Part shown: piece by piece, positions 37,520-47,730 of the stretch
Layout of the letters: every line of letters starts with the position of its first letter
How positions within the stretch are numbered: the first letter of the stretch is position 1
From: an uncultured Poribacteria bacterium
GTDB lineage: Bacteria > Poribacteria > WGA-4E > WGA-3G
Length of the DNA stretch: 64,000 nucleotides
Direction of reading: 5' to 3'
Assembly: GCA_958296135.2 (NCBI GenBank)
Contig: CATQHZ020000001.1
Coordinates: 4,160,001-4,224,000, forward strand
Made by a program: the position numbers and the translations under genes
Notes under the pieces: model-generated
Told to the model about the DNA's origin: nothing
Databases searched by the model: none
What the model saw: only the letters and a program-made list of their open reading frames with translations

Positions 37520-39823
37520 GTGACGAATAAACAGATTCTCGCCGCCATTTTGGCACTGCTGCTAACCGCCACCCTCTTTGTGACAACCGCCACCGCCCAA
37601 CTCGAGGCGGCGGTACCGGGTACCGACGCAGCAGTCGTTATCCCCGATGCGGCCTTGGCAGCAGCGATCCGTGAGGCACTCAGCCTGCCTGCCGAGCACT
37701 CCCTCACCGCACAAGACATGTTCGCATTAAGGACACTTGACGCAACCAATCGCGGGATAACAGCCCTCACCGGCTTGGAAGCCGCAACGAATCTTATAAC
37801 TTTGAACCTTGCTGGGAACACCGGTGTCTCGGATGTGTTGCCGCTTGCCAGTCTCACACAATTGGAGGAACTGTGGCTCGACAACACCGGTGTCTCGGAT
37901 GTGTTGCCGCTCGCAGGCCTCACGCAATTGGAGGAACTGTGGCTCGCCAACACTAGTGTCTCGGATGTGTCGCCGCTCGCCAGTCTCACACAATTGGAGG
38001 TGCTGTATCTCCACGGCACTGGTGTCTCGGATGTGTCGCCGCTCGCCAGTCTCACACAATTGGAGGTGCTGTATCTCTGGGGCACCGGTGTCTTGGATGT
38101 GTCGCCGCTCGCAGGCCTCACACAATTGGAGGAACTGTCTCTTGACAACACCGGTGTCTTGGATGTGTCGCCGCTCGCCAGTCTCACACAATTGGAGGAA
38201 CTGTGGCTCGGCGGCATCGGTGTCTTGGATGTATCGCCGCTTGCCAGTCTCACACAATTGGAGAAACTGTATCTCCACGGCACTGGTGTCTTGGATGTGT
38301 CGCCGCTTGCCAGTCTCACACAATTGGAGGAACTGTCTCTTGACAACACCGGTGTCTTGGATGTATCGCCGCTTGCCAGTCTCACACAATTGACGAGGCT
38401 GTGGCTCAACGGCACTGGTGTCTCGGATGTATCGCCGCTTGCCAGTCTCACACAATTGACAGGGCTGTATCTCTGGGACACTAGTGTCTTGGATGTATCG
38501 CCGCTCGCACGCCTCATACGATTGGAGGAACTGTCTCTCGGCGACACCGGTGTCTTAGATGTGTCGCCGCTCGCAGGCCTCACACAATTGACGGGGCTGT
38601 GGCTCAACGGCTGTCCGCTGAGCGATGCCTCCCTCCACACCCATATTCCCGCCCTGCAGGCGAAAGGGATATACGTGGCATTTGATGCCCCTACCGAGTT
38701 GTCGCCTGTCGTCCACGTCGGAACGGATGCACTGCCACCAATGTATTGGATAAACACAACGTATCGCAAGTTGTATCGGCTCACCGGGGATGCCGTGAAA
38801 TACCTTAATCCGTATGTTCAGAACGCCACCAGCATCGTCGTGGATGTGGCAGGAAATAAGCTCTACTGGACAGAGCAGACCGGGGAGAGAAGCGGCAGAA
38901 TTCTTCGCTCAAACTTCAACAGTTTCACCAGTGAATTGGTAAGGGACTTAACCAGCGTGCCGCGCGACTTGGCGATTGACTCGGCGGGCGGCACACTCTA
39001 CTTAACGAACTCCTGGGGTAAGATTCAACGTCTCAATGTCGACGGTTCAGGCTTCCAGCCCAATCTCATCACCGGCTTGGAGTCGCCACAGCACCTAGCC
39101 CTGGATGTGGCGGGCGGCAAGGTTTATTGGACAGCACCGGGGAGCATCTGGCGTGCGACTCTCACCGGCAAAAACAGAGAAAAACTCATCGCAGATTTAG
39201 GTGCTATAGGCAGCATCGCGGTGGCAGGATCCAAGATTTATTGGACAGAGGAGAACAAAAATGACACAAAGAGCGGGAAAGTCCGGCGCGCCGCCCTAGA
39301 CGGTTCCAATGTCCAGACGCTCGCCACGTTGCTGAGCGTTCCGAGTGGGATTGCGGTGGATGCAGTGGGCCGTAAACTCTATTGGACAAATTCCAAGGGA
39401 CGCATCCAACGGGCGAACCTTGCGGGCAACAATATCCAGAATCTGGTGACGGGACTTGGCATGCCTGCCGAGCTTGCGTTGGGACGCACCGGCGGACGTG
39501 CTGCACCCACAGTGCCTGCAATACTTCCAGAAAAAACTGTCCTGCTCCCAAACTATCCAAATCCGTTCAATCCGGAGACGTGGCTCCCCTATCTGTTGTC
39601 AAAACCAGACGAAGTCACTGTGACGATTTACGCGGCGAACGGCGCAGTAGTGCGCACCTTGGCCCTCGGACATCAGCACGCTGGCAGTTACGCAAGCCGA
39701 AGCCGTGCAGCCTATTGGGATGGCCGGAACGCGCTAGGTGAGCGCGTTGCTAGCGGTGTCTACTTCTATACGCTCACCGCTGGCGAATTCCACGCAACGC
39801 GGAAGATGCTCATCCTGAAGTGA
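37520..39823 (+). CDS. Secreted internalin-like LRR + LDL-receptor class B (YWTD) propeller + C-terminal FlgD-like domain protein
   Basis: Signal peptide; IPD..L..AIR cap; 22-aa LRRs; KLYWTE/KVYWT/KIYWTE/KLYWTN repeats; LLPNYPNPFNPETW...YWDGRN..GE.VASGVYFY tail. Confidence 0.9.
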   Translation: MTNKQILAAILALLLTATLFVTTATAQLEAAVPGTDAAVVIPDAALAAAIREALSLPAEHSLTAQDMFALRTLDATNRGITALTGLEAATNLITLNLAGNTGVSDVLPLASLTQLEELWLDNTGVSDVLPLAGLTQLEELWLANTSVSDVSPLASLTQLEVLYLHGTGVSDVSPLASLTQLEVLYLWGTGVLDVSPLAGLTQLEELSLDNTGVLDVSPLASLTQLEELWLGGIGVLDVSPLASLTQLEKLYLHGTGVLDVSPLASLTQLEELSLDNTGVLDVSPLASLTQLTRLWLNGTGVSDVSPLASLTQLTGLYLWDTSVLDVSPLARLIRLEELSLGDTGVLDVSPLAGLTQLTGLWLNGCPLSDASLHTHIPALQAKGIYVAFDAPTELSPVVHVGTDALPPMYWINTTYRKLYRLTGDAVKYLNPYVQNATSIVVDVAGNKLYWTEQTGERSGRILRSNFNSFTSELVRDLTSVPRDLAIDSAGGTLYLTNSWGKIQRLNVDGSGFQPNLITGLESPQHLALDVAGGKVYWTAPGSIWRATLTGKNREKLIADLGAIGSIAVAGSKIYWTEENKNDTKSGKVRRAALDGSNVQTLATLLSVPSGIAVDAVGRKLYWTNSKGRIQRANLAGNNIQNLVTGLGMPAELALGRTGGRAAPTVPAILPEKTVLLPNYPNPFNPETWLPYLLSKPDEVTVTIYAANGAVVRTLALGHQHAGSYASRSRAAYWDGRNALGERVASGVYFYTLTAGEFHATRKMLILK
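37823..38614 (+). repeat. 12 x 66-nt coding tandem repeat (LRR units)
   Basis: Near-identical GGTGTCT(C/T)GGATGT..CCGCT.GC...CTCACACAATTG segments alternate with variable segments. Confidence 0.92.
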
Positions 39824-40291
39824 GTGTGTCTCGCAGTTATAGTACCGGTTTCACAAACTGCTAGAATGACGGGGCATGCCATCGCCAGAGGCCGACGGTG
39901 CCTTGGCCCGCCACGGCATGTCCGAACCGTCATGGGCAGTCCCGTGCCTGCAACGATGTCAACCCCTGTCGTGGACATTCCCCCCCACGGCGGGGGTTTC
40001 TTCTGGAGGTACCCTGCTTTTGCGGCGATGCGTTTAATACCAAATGAGGTTGATTTGTCTCGTCACTGTAAGTCCAGATCGGATGAAGTTTAAAGAAAGA
40101 AACGGCTCATTTTTCCCCGACAGAAACGGGCGGAAACCATAGACATCCGCCCTTACACTCGCAGCGCGTGCTCGCTTCCCGAACATTGTCCGATTTCATA
40201 CTCAACCTTCATCTGCTCCTACCCTATAAGGATGGACCCAGCGTAGCTTTTCATGGGTGCCATCAAAAACGAAAAACTGAATACCTCGGAG

Positions 40292-40321
40292 TTGACACGC
40301 AAACCGAAATTAAGGTATACT
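40292..40321 (+). promoter_or_regulatory. Sigma70-type promoter for livG-livF
   Basis: TTGACA-N18-TATACT. Confidence 0.6.
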
Positions 40322-40383
40322 ATATTTAGAAACATTGAGACTTGGAGGGCTCTCCTACTGGGGAACACGATTCGGGAGTGAAC

Positions 40384-41166
40384 ATGACAGAAAATACCCA
40401 ACATATCTTGGATACAAAGCAGCTGAGCCGACACTACGGCGGTGTCATCGCCCTGCACGATGTCACGCTGCATGTGCGCCCATCCGAAATTTTTAGCCTC
40501 ATCGGCCCCAACGGGGCAGGAAAAACGACACTGTTTAACTGCGTCACAGGATTGGATAAACCGACAGCCGGAACCGTCAATTTTTTAGGCACACAGATTA
40601 CGGGCCTCCGGCCAGACCAGGTTACGGAGCGCGGCATCGCCCGAACGTTCCAGAACATCCGGCTCTTCTCAGAACTGACAGTGCTCGATAACGTCAAAAT
40701 CGGCAGGCATCCGCGCACGTCGAGTGCACTGCTCGGTGCTGTGCTACGCTCGAAGAAGCAACAACAGGAAGAAGCAGACATCGCCGAACGCGCACGGGAA
40801 ACACTAGTGTTTGTGGGACTCGGCGACGTTGTGGAGCAGACAGCAGGAAACCTCTCCTACGGAGATCAGCGGCGCGTCGAAATCGCCAGAGCCCTCGCAA
40901 CCGAGCCCAAACTCCTCTTGTTGGACGAACCCGCCGCCGGGATGAACCCACAAGAAACACAGGAACTCATCACGCTTATCTATACCATCCGCGAACAAGG
41001 AATTGCAGTACTGCTCATCGAACACGATGTTAAACTCGTCATGCAGATTTCCGACTGGGTCACCGTTTTGGACCACGGACAGAAAATCAGCGACGGGAAA
41101 CCGGCAGACGTGCAAAACGACGAACGCGTCATCACGGCGTATTTAGGAACAGCTGACGATGCTTGA
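40384..41166 (+). CDS. livG: Branched-chain amino acid ABC transporter ATP-binding protein
   Basis: GPNGAGKTT, RTFQNIRLF, LSYGDQRRVEIARAL, LLDEPAAG, IEHD, VI.AYLG. Confidence 0.92.
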   Translation: MTENTQHILDTKQLSRHYGGVIALHDVTLHVRPSEIFSLIGPNGAGKTTLFNCVTGLDKPTAGTVNFLGTQITGLRPDQVTERGIARTFQNIRLFSELTVLDNVKIGRHPRTSSALLGAVLRSKKQQQEEADIAERARETLVFVGLGDVVEQTAGNLSYGDQRRVEIARALATEPKLLLLDEPAAGMNPQETQELITLIYTIREQGIAVLLIEHDVKLVMQISDWVTVLDHGQKISDGKPADVQNDERVITAYLGTADDA

Positions 41167-41863
41167 ACTCAGGAACGTTCACACCTCATACGGTAATATC
41201 CGCGCCGTCCGAGGCATTTCAATTGAGGTGCATCCGGGCGAAATGGTCTGCCTCATCGGCGCAAACGGTGCCGGCAAATCGACAACACTGATGACTATCT
41301 CCGGCGTTCATAAGCCCGCACAGGGAAGCATCCACTTTGAAGGCGAGGACATTACTGACACCTCGCCTGAGCAACGCGTCGCGCTCGGTATCTCACAGGT
41401 ACCGGAAGGACGGCTTATCTTCCCGGAGATGACAGTCTTGGAAAACTTAGAGCTGGGGGCATACCTCCGAACCGATAAACCCGCGGTCAGCACCGATTTA
41501 GACAAAATGCTTGCCATGTTTCCGGTGCTAGCCGAACGGCAGAAACAGCGCGGGGGCAGCCTCAGCGGCGGCGAACAGCAGATGCTCGCCATCGGCCGCG
41601 CACTGATGTCAAACCCGCGGCTGCTCTTGCTGGACGAACCCTCGCTCGGGCTCGCACCGCTCATTGTCAAACAGATTTTTGAAATCCTCCAGCAGATTAA
41701 CGCCGAAGGCACGACAATTCTGCTGGTAGAACAGAACGCGCACATCGCGCTAGAACTCACACACCGCGGCTATGTCATGGAGACAGGCGAGATTCCCATC
41801 GAAGGCTCTTCCGCCGAATTATTAGCCGATGAACGAGTGCAGCAAGCGTATCTGGGGGAGTAA
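41159..41863 (+). CDS. livF: Branched-chain amino acid ABC transporter ATP-binding protein
   Basis: GANGAGKST, VPEGRLIF, LSGGEQQMLAIGRAL, DEPSLGLAP, VEQN. Confidence 0.92.
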   Translation: MLELRNVHTSYGNIRAVRGISIEVHPGEMVCLIGANGAGKSTTLMTISGVHKPAQGSIHFEGEDITDTSPEQRVALGISQVPEGRLIFPEMTVLENLELGAYLRTDKPAVSTDLDKMLAMFPVLAERQKQRGGSLSGGEQQMLAIGRALMSNPRLLLLDEPSLGLAPLIVKQIFEILQQINAEGTTILLVEQNAHIALELTHRGYVMETGEIPIEGSSAELLADERVQQAYLGE

Positions 41864-41970
41864 CAATTTTTTCGTTCGCGATGCGTTGTTCGGGTGTCTC
41901 TGGGGTTGAGACGTTGTCTTGTCAGGCCGCATTGACGTTGTCAGTGCTTACGTTTTTGAGGTATAGTTTA

Positions 41971-42792
41971 ATGTATCCAACGCTGATTGATTTCGGGCAC
42001 TTCGGTATCCACAGTTATGGACTGATGTTGGCATGCGCGTTTATCACTATCGTGTTCGTGTTGCAACATGAATTGAAGCGGCGCGGTTTTGTCTCGGAAA
42101 TCGCATCGGCCATCGTGATGGCGGCAGGAATAGGCGGCGTTGTCGGCTCGAAACTCTACTCCGCACTTCAAGACGGCCAACTCCGCTTTGACGAACTCTT
42201 CTCAACGAGTGGACTCGTCTGGTACGGCGGCTTAATCGGGGGCAGTCTCGCCGCGAGTCTCTACATCCTCCGTTCGCCGAACCCTTATTTACCGACAATC
42301 GATATAATTGGTCCGACGCTGCTACTCGGTTACGGCATCGGACGCATTGGGTGCTTTCTCGCCGGCGACGGTGACTATGGCCCACCATCAGATTTACCGT
42401 GGGCGATGGCATTCCCAAACGGCACCGTGCCGACAGATGTCCCAGTGCATCCCACACCGCTCTATGAGACCCTCATTTCGCTCGCTTTCTTCGGTATCCT
42501 ATGGACGCAACGCCGCCGAATTGAGAATACGCCCGGGGTCATGTTCGGCGCGAGTCTTGTCCTACTCGGTGTAGAAAGGTTTATCGTGGAATTTTGGCGC
42601 ATCAATCCGCCAGTACTGGCGGGATTGACAACGGCACAAGTTTTTAGCGTGTTCCTCGTCATTTTCGGCATCGGTTTTATCTTCTGGATGCGCAGCCGCC
42701 CGAAGACTGTGCCGGTGGCACCTGAAGTGGAACCGTCTGCACGGGAAGCGTCAAAAGGGAGGCCGCGGCCCCGGAAACGGCGGCGTAGGTAG
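41971..42792 (+). CDS. lgt: Prolipoprotein diacylglyceryl transferase
   Basis: YGLM, GLVWYGG, GRIGCF..G, PWAM.FP, HPT.LYE, RFIVEFWR. Confidence 0.92.
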   Translation: MYPTLIDFGHFGIHSYGLMLACAFITIVFVLQHELKRRGFVSEIASAIVMAAGIGGVVGSKLYSALQDGQLRFDELFSTSGLVWYGGLIGGSLAASLYILRSPNPYLPTIDIIGPTLLLGYGIGRIGCFLAGDGDYGPPSDLPWAMAFPNGTVPTDVPVHPTPLYETLISLAFFGILWTQRRRIENTPGVMFGASLVLLGVERFIVEFWRINPPVLAGLTTAQVFSVFLVIFGIGFIFWMRSRPKTVPVAPEVEPSAREASKGRPRPRKRRRR

Positions 42793-42823
42793 GTGACATT
42801 CTTCACGCTAAGGAGCAAAACCC

Positions 42824-42919
42824 ATGATGAATTCACAATTTGAGTTCTGGGACGACACGGAAAACTACCGTGCATGGGAAGAAAACGCAATAGCAAGCTT
42901 CCTTGAAGATGAAATGTGA
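42824..42919 (+). CDS. Small acidic 31-aa ORF (MMNSQFEFWDDTENYRAWEENAIASFLEDEM)
   Basis: AAGGAG RBS 8 nt before the ATG; below the ORF-track size cutoff. Confidence 0.35.
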   Translation: MMNSQFEFWDDTENYRAWEENAIASFLEDEM

Positions 42920-42929
42920 GGATAGCAGA

Positions 42930-43046
42930 TGCGGGGGACAGGCCCCCGCACTACGGTGAGGTGGATTCGGTTTGAAATCGCTGCGGCGGAGAACAGGCCC
43001 CCCGCGCTACGGTATCGGCAGGCGCGGTTGCAAACCGCGCCTACTG
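42930..43046. repeat. REP-like cluster (2 family A + 1 family B) at the left edge of the defence island
   Basis: GCGGGGGACAGGCCCCCGCACTAC, GAACAGGCCCCCCGCGCTAC, CAGGCGCGGTTGCAAACCGCGCCTAC. Confidence 0.85.
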
Positions 43047-43051
43047 ATACC

Positions 43052-43423
43052 CTACTCCAACTTATTCTGATTTGTCTTCGGCCGCCACGTCCGAATCAAC
43101 TCTGTCTCCAATAATAACGTCGCCGCCGCATCCCCCGTGAACTCTACCGAAAAGACAACAATCGTCCGATACAACTGCAATTGATTCCGCAATTCCACGT
43201 TCGGTTCTTCTGACGACAAATGCTCCAGCAACCGCCGACGCACGCACGTCCGAGACTCACCGACATAGACGCACTCCAGCCGCTCACTACCGCTGCGCGG
43301 CCGCCATATCGCATACACACCCCGCCGCTCTTTCGGTAACTGCGAGACCTCGGCGCGCGTATACGGACGAAACTCACGCCGCAAGTTATGTGCCACTAAA
43401 TAAGCGTTCGATGCCTCTCGCAT
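43052..43423 (-). CDS. Stand-alone GIY-YIG nuclease
   Basis: GVYAIW...VYVGES..VRRRLLEH...LETELI....P..N; starts just after the DUF1156 stop. Confidence 0.8.
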   Translation of the reverse strand: MREASNAYLVAHNLRREFRPYTRAEVSQLPKERRGVYAIWRPRSGSERLECVYVGESRTCVRRRLLEHLSSEEPNVELRNQLQLYRTIVVFSVEFTGDAAATLLLETELIRTWRPKTNQNKLE

Positions 43424-43437
43424 GACGAAAGTCCCCC

Positions 43438-46250
43438 CTAGAACAAGCTGCGCTGCCGCGCCGAACGGCTCGCATCCCATATCTCTGTCCACTGCTGAAC
43501 CAACGTGTTGTAAGCCAACGCGCTCGCCGAATCGTCTAACGCCTCATAATAACTATACAACACGCGCGCCAGACGCTCCGCCGAATCCTCCTGAGCCCCC
43601 ATCGCACGAACCACCGCCGCACACGCCTGAATCCCACCGCCAACCGCCGTATCCGTCAGGTGAAATACCATCCGCTGGCACCCCTCCCACGCCGACACCT
43701 CGGCACTCAATTCCCGCTCATAATACTCATCGCGACGGAAAAGCTTCACCCGGCCGCGCGCCGCTGTCAATACCTTCTCGTGCAGATGTGCTACGTCTAC
43801 ACCCGTAGCGGTAGCCAGCAGCTGCGCCGTGCCAAAATTCCCCTCCTGATACCCGTGCTGCTTGAACCACGTCAAACAGAATTGCGTCGTCTTATCCAAC
43901 GCGCCGCTCTCCTCCTCATGATACGCGGTGATCTCGTCGTTGATAGACTTCAGTGCCTCACGGATAGGGATAATCTCCCCGCTGATGCGCATCACCTTGC
44001 TATAACGGGAATATACCTCCATGCCAGGGCCGATGGCGGCTTGCGCCAGATCTACGGGACTGATTCGTGCCGTGCGGGTAAGTCTGCGAAGCGCGTCCGG
44101 CATCGCCTTTTTCAGTTCCGCCTGAAAGTTCCGGAGGGTGATGAACGGTGCGTCTTTCGGGCGCGGCCGGCAGACGAGCACAATAGACGAGGCGAGCATG
44201 TTTTTCGTTGTCTTGAACCCTTTCGTTTGCTCAGTGCGCATGGGCCAGGTGCAGACTATCTGAAAGCCGGCGTTCACGATTGCCATCAGCATTGTTTCCC
44301 AACCGGTGGAGGTTTTGCCATCCTTTTCCTCTTCCTGCTGTTTGTAGGCATAAAAAATAGAAGAGGGAAACTCAGCGGAGCAATGTTGGCGCATCCGCAG
44401 CAGTGCCTTGCTGAGCAACTTCTCGAACCGAGTTGACGAAGCATCAAACCGCGATGGGATAGCGACTATCTCTTCCGCCTTGGGCGTTAGCATACCCGAG
44501 AACAACTCCGGATACATATCGCGAAGCAGCGGCCGGATCCACACATAGAAGAAATCCGAGAGGTCGGCGTAGTCAATATTATCGTAGTAGGGCGGATCTG
44601 TGACAAAAACGGGCCCATCGGCGGCGTGACGGGTAGTGGTTGCATCGGCTTGATACACTTCACCTTGATGCGCAGAAACTGGCAGATTCCCAATCACCTT
44701 TGCAATCCACGCCACCTGCGCCATCCAATTCTGGGTTGAAGTGGAGAAAGGATTGACTTCAGAAAAACTCCACGTCATCTGAAGTGCCTGGCGCGTGAAT
44801 GTAGGTGCGATAAAGGTGCCAGAAGGTTCCCAATACGAGAAACGGCAGTTAGTTTCAGCAGTTCTGCCAACGGCCAAAGCGAGATAGGTGCACACGGAAT
44901 CCGCGTATTTGGCTTCCGCGCCATCGTGTGTGAGACGCGTGTGAACCTCTGACAGCAAATCGCCGAAGGTATTCAAAGCGACGAGTTGCCTTTCGGTAAA
45001 AAGTTGATGCCAATGCGTAATGCCGTAGCTGCGGCCGCTCACCAAAGTTGGGTTATTTGGCATCGCTTGCCGCGGGCGCCGCTGGGATTCAGCGGACATC
45101 GCCACGTCAATATGTTCCGCTGTCGGCGCGACGAATAACTTGGGTTGTCCCTCGGCGACTATCGCTGTCATCGTTTCGCCCATCTTGCCGGCTCTCGCCT
45201 GCTCGCGGACATAATCCAATCTGACTGCGCTACCGCAGGCGATACAGTGCGCGCCTGTGCGTTGGACGGTAGGTTTAGGCATACCATCATCATCGTGATT
45301 AATATACTTATTTATTGTGAGGGGGGGGGCGAAGGCCCTTTCACCACCCACGAAATAGTATTCAATTCGCGATTAACAACGGGCTTAACCCAATGCTCAT
45401 TCCCTTTCTTTTTACAAAGGTGGAACGTTGTCATCAGCGGCTTATGCAGACCGCAGGCAGGGTTAATACACGGCACCGTGCGCGTCCACAACCATGCAAC
45501 TACAGTAGCAGAGGTCCCGTCGGGCAGCTGCACATCGGGGTAGAGATGCCCAATGCGTTTGTATGCCTCCTCGCGCATCCACGCACCATAGTAACGGATA
45601 TCGTTCGCCAGCCCTGACGTGCCTTTCCAAGAAACGCGCTCGGCATGTTTGCCTGTGCCGGCGAACATGCCGAGCGGATCTGCATCGGGATTCACCGGTT
45701 TCTGATTGTGGAACTGCGGCGGCAATTCAATCATCGCCTTTGTTATCAGCACAGGCAGCGGGTTCAAATCGGAACCGCGGGCGAGTAAGCCCAGTCGCTG
45801 CGCCTCCAGCGAGATGGAACCGCCGCCACAAAACGGATCGTAAACCGCGGGGCAGTGCTCGCCGAGGTATCGCAACACCGCATCGGGTTCCGCGGGGGCA
45901 GTCTCGCCGCGGTGACGTGCAATAGAACGGGCAATTTCATATCGCGCCGCCGCCAAGATATTCTCATCGTTGCTATTTTTCCACACAACGAGCTGCCGGA
46001 GGATACCGTGGAGTCGGTTGCGTTCTGCGCCCTGGTCGCTCTCGGTAGGAAATTCATCCTCGCAAGAGCCCGGGTCATCCACCATACTGGCAAAAATCAC
46101 AGCGCGGCATGCTGCGAGGGGTCGCCGCGCCCAATATCGGTGTAACGTTGAGGGGTGGCCATGCGTCAGGGAGGCATCCTTCGCTGACTCTCGGTTGATG
46201 GTCTCCAACGGCAGGCTCACCTCAATCAGTTTCTTTCGGTGTGTTGACAT
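43438..46250 (-). pseudogene. DUF1156-family adenine methyltransferase split by a frameshift at a C9 tract (phase-variable, pseudogene or read error)
   Basis: The 5' ORF has KKLIEV.LPL..I, LH.YWARRPL and motif I DPFCGGGSI. The 3' ORF has LFT.RQL, motif IV TDPPYYDNI.YADLSDFF and STGWET. One extra C in G9 (45321-45329 on +) fuses them into about 937 aa. Confidence 0.85.
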
Positions 46251-46302
46251 ACCGGTATCTCGCTATTATCAGGACTCTTTCATTTTCGATTTCAGTTTCC
46301 GG

Positions 46303-46376
46303 CCTGTAAGGGTGGATTGCTATATCCGCCTGTCATCGGATGCGAACAGACAGTTATAGAAATCTGTCCTTACAGG
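46303..46376. repeat. Inverted pair of REP-like family C
   Basis: CCTGTAAGGGTGGATTGCTATATCCGCCTG ... CAGACAGTTATAGAAATCTGTCCTTACAGG; related copies at 5735, about 40128 and about 57494. Confidence 0.7.
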
Positions 46377-46399
46377 GCTCAGTGGAGAAAGGCATCGTT

Positions 46400-47182
46400 C
46401 TAAGTTTGCGGCGGGGCATCTAACCCCAAACGTCCCCGCAGGTAGAGGCTCAATTTTTTCATCAACCGCAGATGACGCGTTGGCGAAATGGAACCGATAT
46501 AAGCTGCTGCCTTCACCGGACCGACCGGCATCCATTCCAGAAAACCGAGCCGAATCACCGATTCCGGTGCTTTCAGGTGCATGAGGTTATCGTCTTCTGG
46601 TGTGACTTTCTCGTCAAAACCTTCAATGTAGGAACGCCGTGCCGCCGCGCTTGAACTGAGGCCACAACACAAGAAACAGGCATAGTTTGATGGCAGCGTT
46701 CGATAACCTGCTGGTGCCTTGCGGAGTAAAAGCACCGGGCGCGGTTTTGCGATACGCGCTACCTTTTCCTGCAGACGCGCTGCCCGCTCTTGATATTTTG
46801 TGAGTGCTGCCGCGTAACGTTTTTGGCGTTCATACAGCGAACTCAACCGAATATAGACATCGGGGAGTTCCGCAGAGATTTCTAGCGCGCTCTCAAGCCG
46901 AAGTATTGCCGCCGGCAGGTTATCCTGCATCTCACAAAGCATTGCCACTCGGAGCAACGTCTGGATGCGGGCATGTGGTTCTTGCTCTTGGGCAAGTCGA
47001 TGCTCCTCGCTCAGCTGCAGTGTGCGAAGACGAGCCAGCGGCAGCCGCGCCAAGGCTTGCTTTTCCTGAAAGTAGGCCTGAATCCCCTTTTGAAACGCCT
47101 GTGCTTCGGCGTGGAGGGCCGCCGCCGCTTCATGCACGCCTAACGAAAGAACGATGACATCACGCGCCTTAGGTTCATGCAT
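46400..47182 (-). CDS. PemK/MazF-like toxin with internal helical/TPR insertion
   Basis: N-terminal RDVIVL; later K.RPVLLL..., LCCGLSS, GFDE.V, SVIRLGFL, IGSISP.RH.RL.K.L..YL (MazF-like). The intervening ~120 aa are helical with a TPR-like pair. The ATG overlaps the upstream stop (ATGCATGA). Confidence 0.65.
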   Translation of the reverse strand: MHEPKARDVIVLSLGVHEAAAALHAEAQAFQKGIQAYFQEKQALARLPLARLRTLQLSEEHRLAQEQEPHARIQTLLRVAMLCEMQDNLPAAILRLESALEISAELPDVYIRLSSLYERQKRYAAALTKYQERAARLQEKVARIAKPRPVLLLRKAPAGYRTLPSNYACFLCCGLSSSAAARRSYIEGFDEKVTPEDDNLMHLKAPESVIRLGFLEWMPVGPVKAAAYIGSISPTRHLRLMKKLSLYLRGRLGLDAPPQT

Positions 47183-47702
47183 CCACATCTTCTCCTGCAT
47201 CCACGGTATAGTCGGGTTCATCGTCACCATAAGCTGCCTCAATCCCGCGCGGACCGAGACGTAACAACGAATCCCACGGCTCTTCAGCATCGTCATCCCC
47301 GATGCTATAGTCGGGTTCATCGTCGCTGTAGGCCGCTACAAGTCCTCGCGGGCCGCCGCGCAGCAGCGCATCCCACGGCGCGTCCGATGTTTCTCCCTCT
47401 ATCGGCGTAACCCACGGGCTCAGCCCATTTTCCGCTTCATACTTTTCCAGGAGATTCTGAATGAAGTCTATCAACGGGGAGAAAAACTGTTGCTCATCTG
47501 CACCGATGTTAGTGATGAGCCGGTCCAACGTCATCACCAACTGTTGATACTCTTCATCCTTCAATGATGTTACGAACGGTTCTTCGGTTCCGTTGACGAA
47601 TGTGTCCACCGCTGCGGCAAGCAAGTGCGGCGCGCTATCCGTTTTAACGGTAGGCACCACACCGACAGAGTTGGGTGGCATGCGTTGGCTGTCCGTTGAC
47701 AT
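47175..47702 (-). CDS. Putative antitoxin with duplicated acidic W..L..G...AY.DDEPDY motif
   Basis: AAGGAG RBS; HigA-N-like helix pair (EEYQQLV..LD.L...LLEKYE); two acidic repeats with a 99-nt period; translationally coupled to the toxin. Confidence 0.6.
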   Translation of the reverse strand: MSTDSQRMPPNSVGVVPTVKTDSAPHLLAAAVDTFVNGTEEPFVTSLKDEEYQQLVMTLDRLITNIGADEQQFFSPLIDFIQNLLEKYEAENGLSPWVTPIEGETSDAPWDALLRGGPRGLVAAYSDDEPDYSIGDDDAEEPWDSLLRLGPRGIEAAYGDDEPDYTVDAGEDVDA

Positions 47703-47730
47703 GATTAACTCCTTTTGTGTCGTTCTAAGT

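Noticed and set aside
37823-38614. CRISPR-like repeat/spacer pattern
   Set aside because: The period is exactly 22 codons inside an LRR ORF, and the variable parts are homologous to each other.
37498-38784. 428-aa antisense ORF and other shadow ORFs over the LRR array
   Set aside because: They are open only because of the repeat periodicity.
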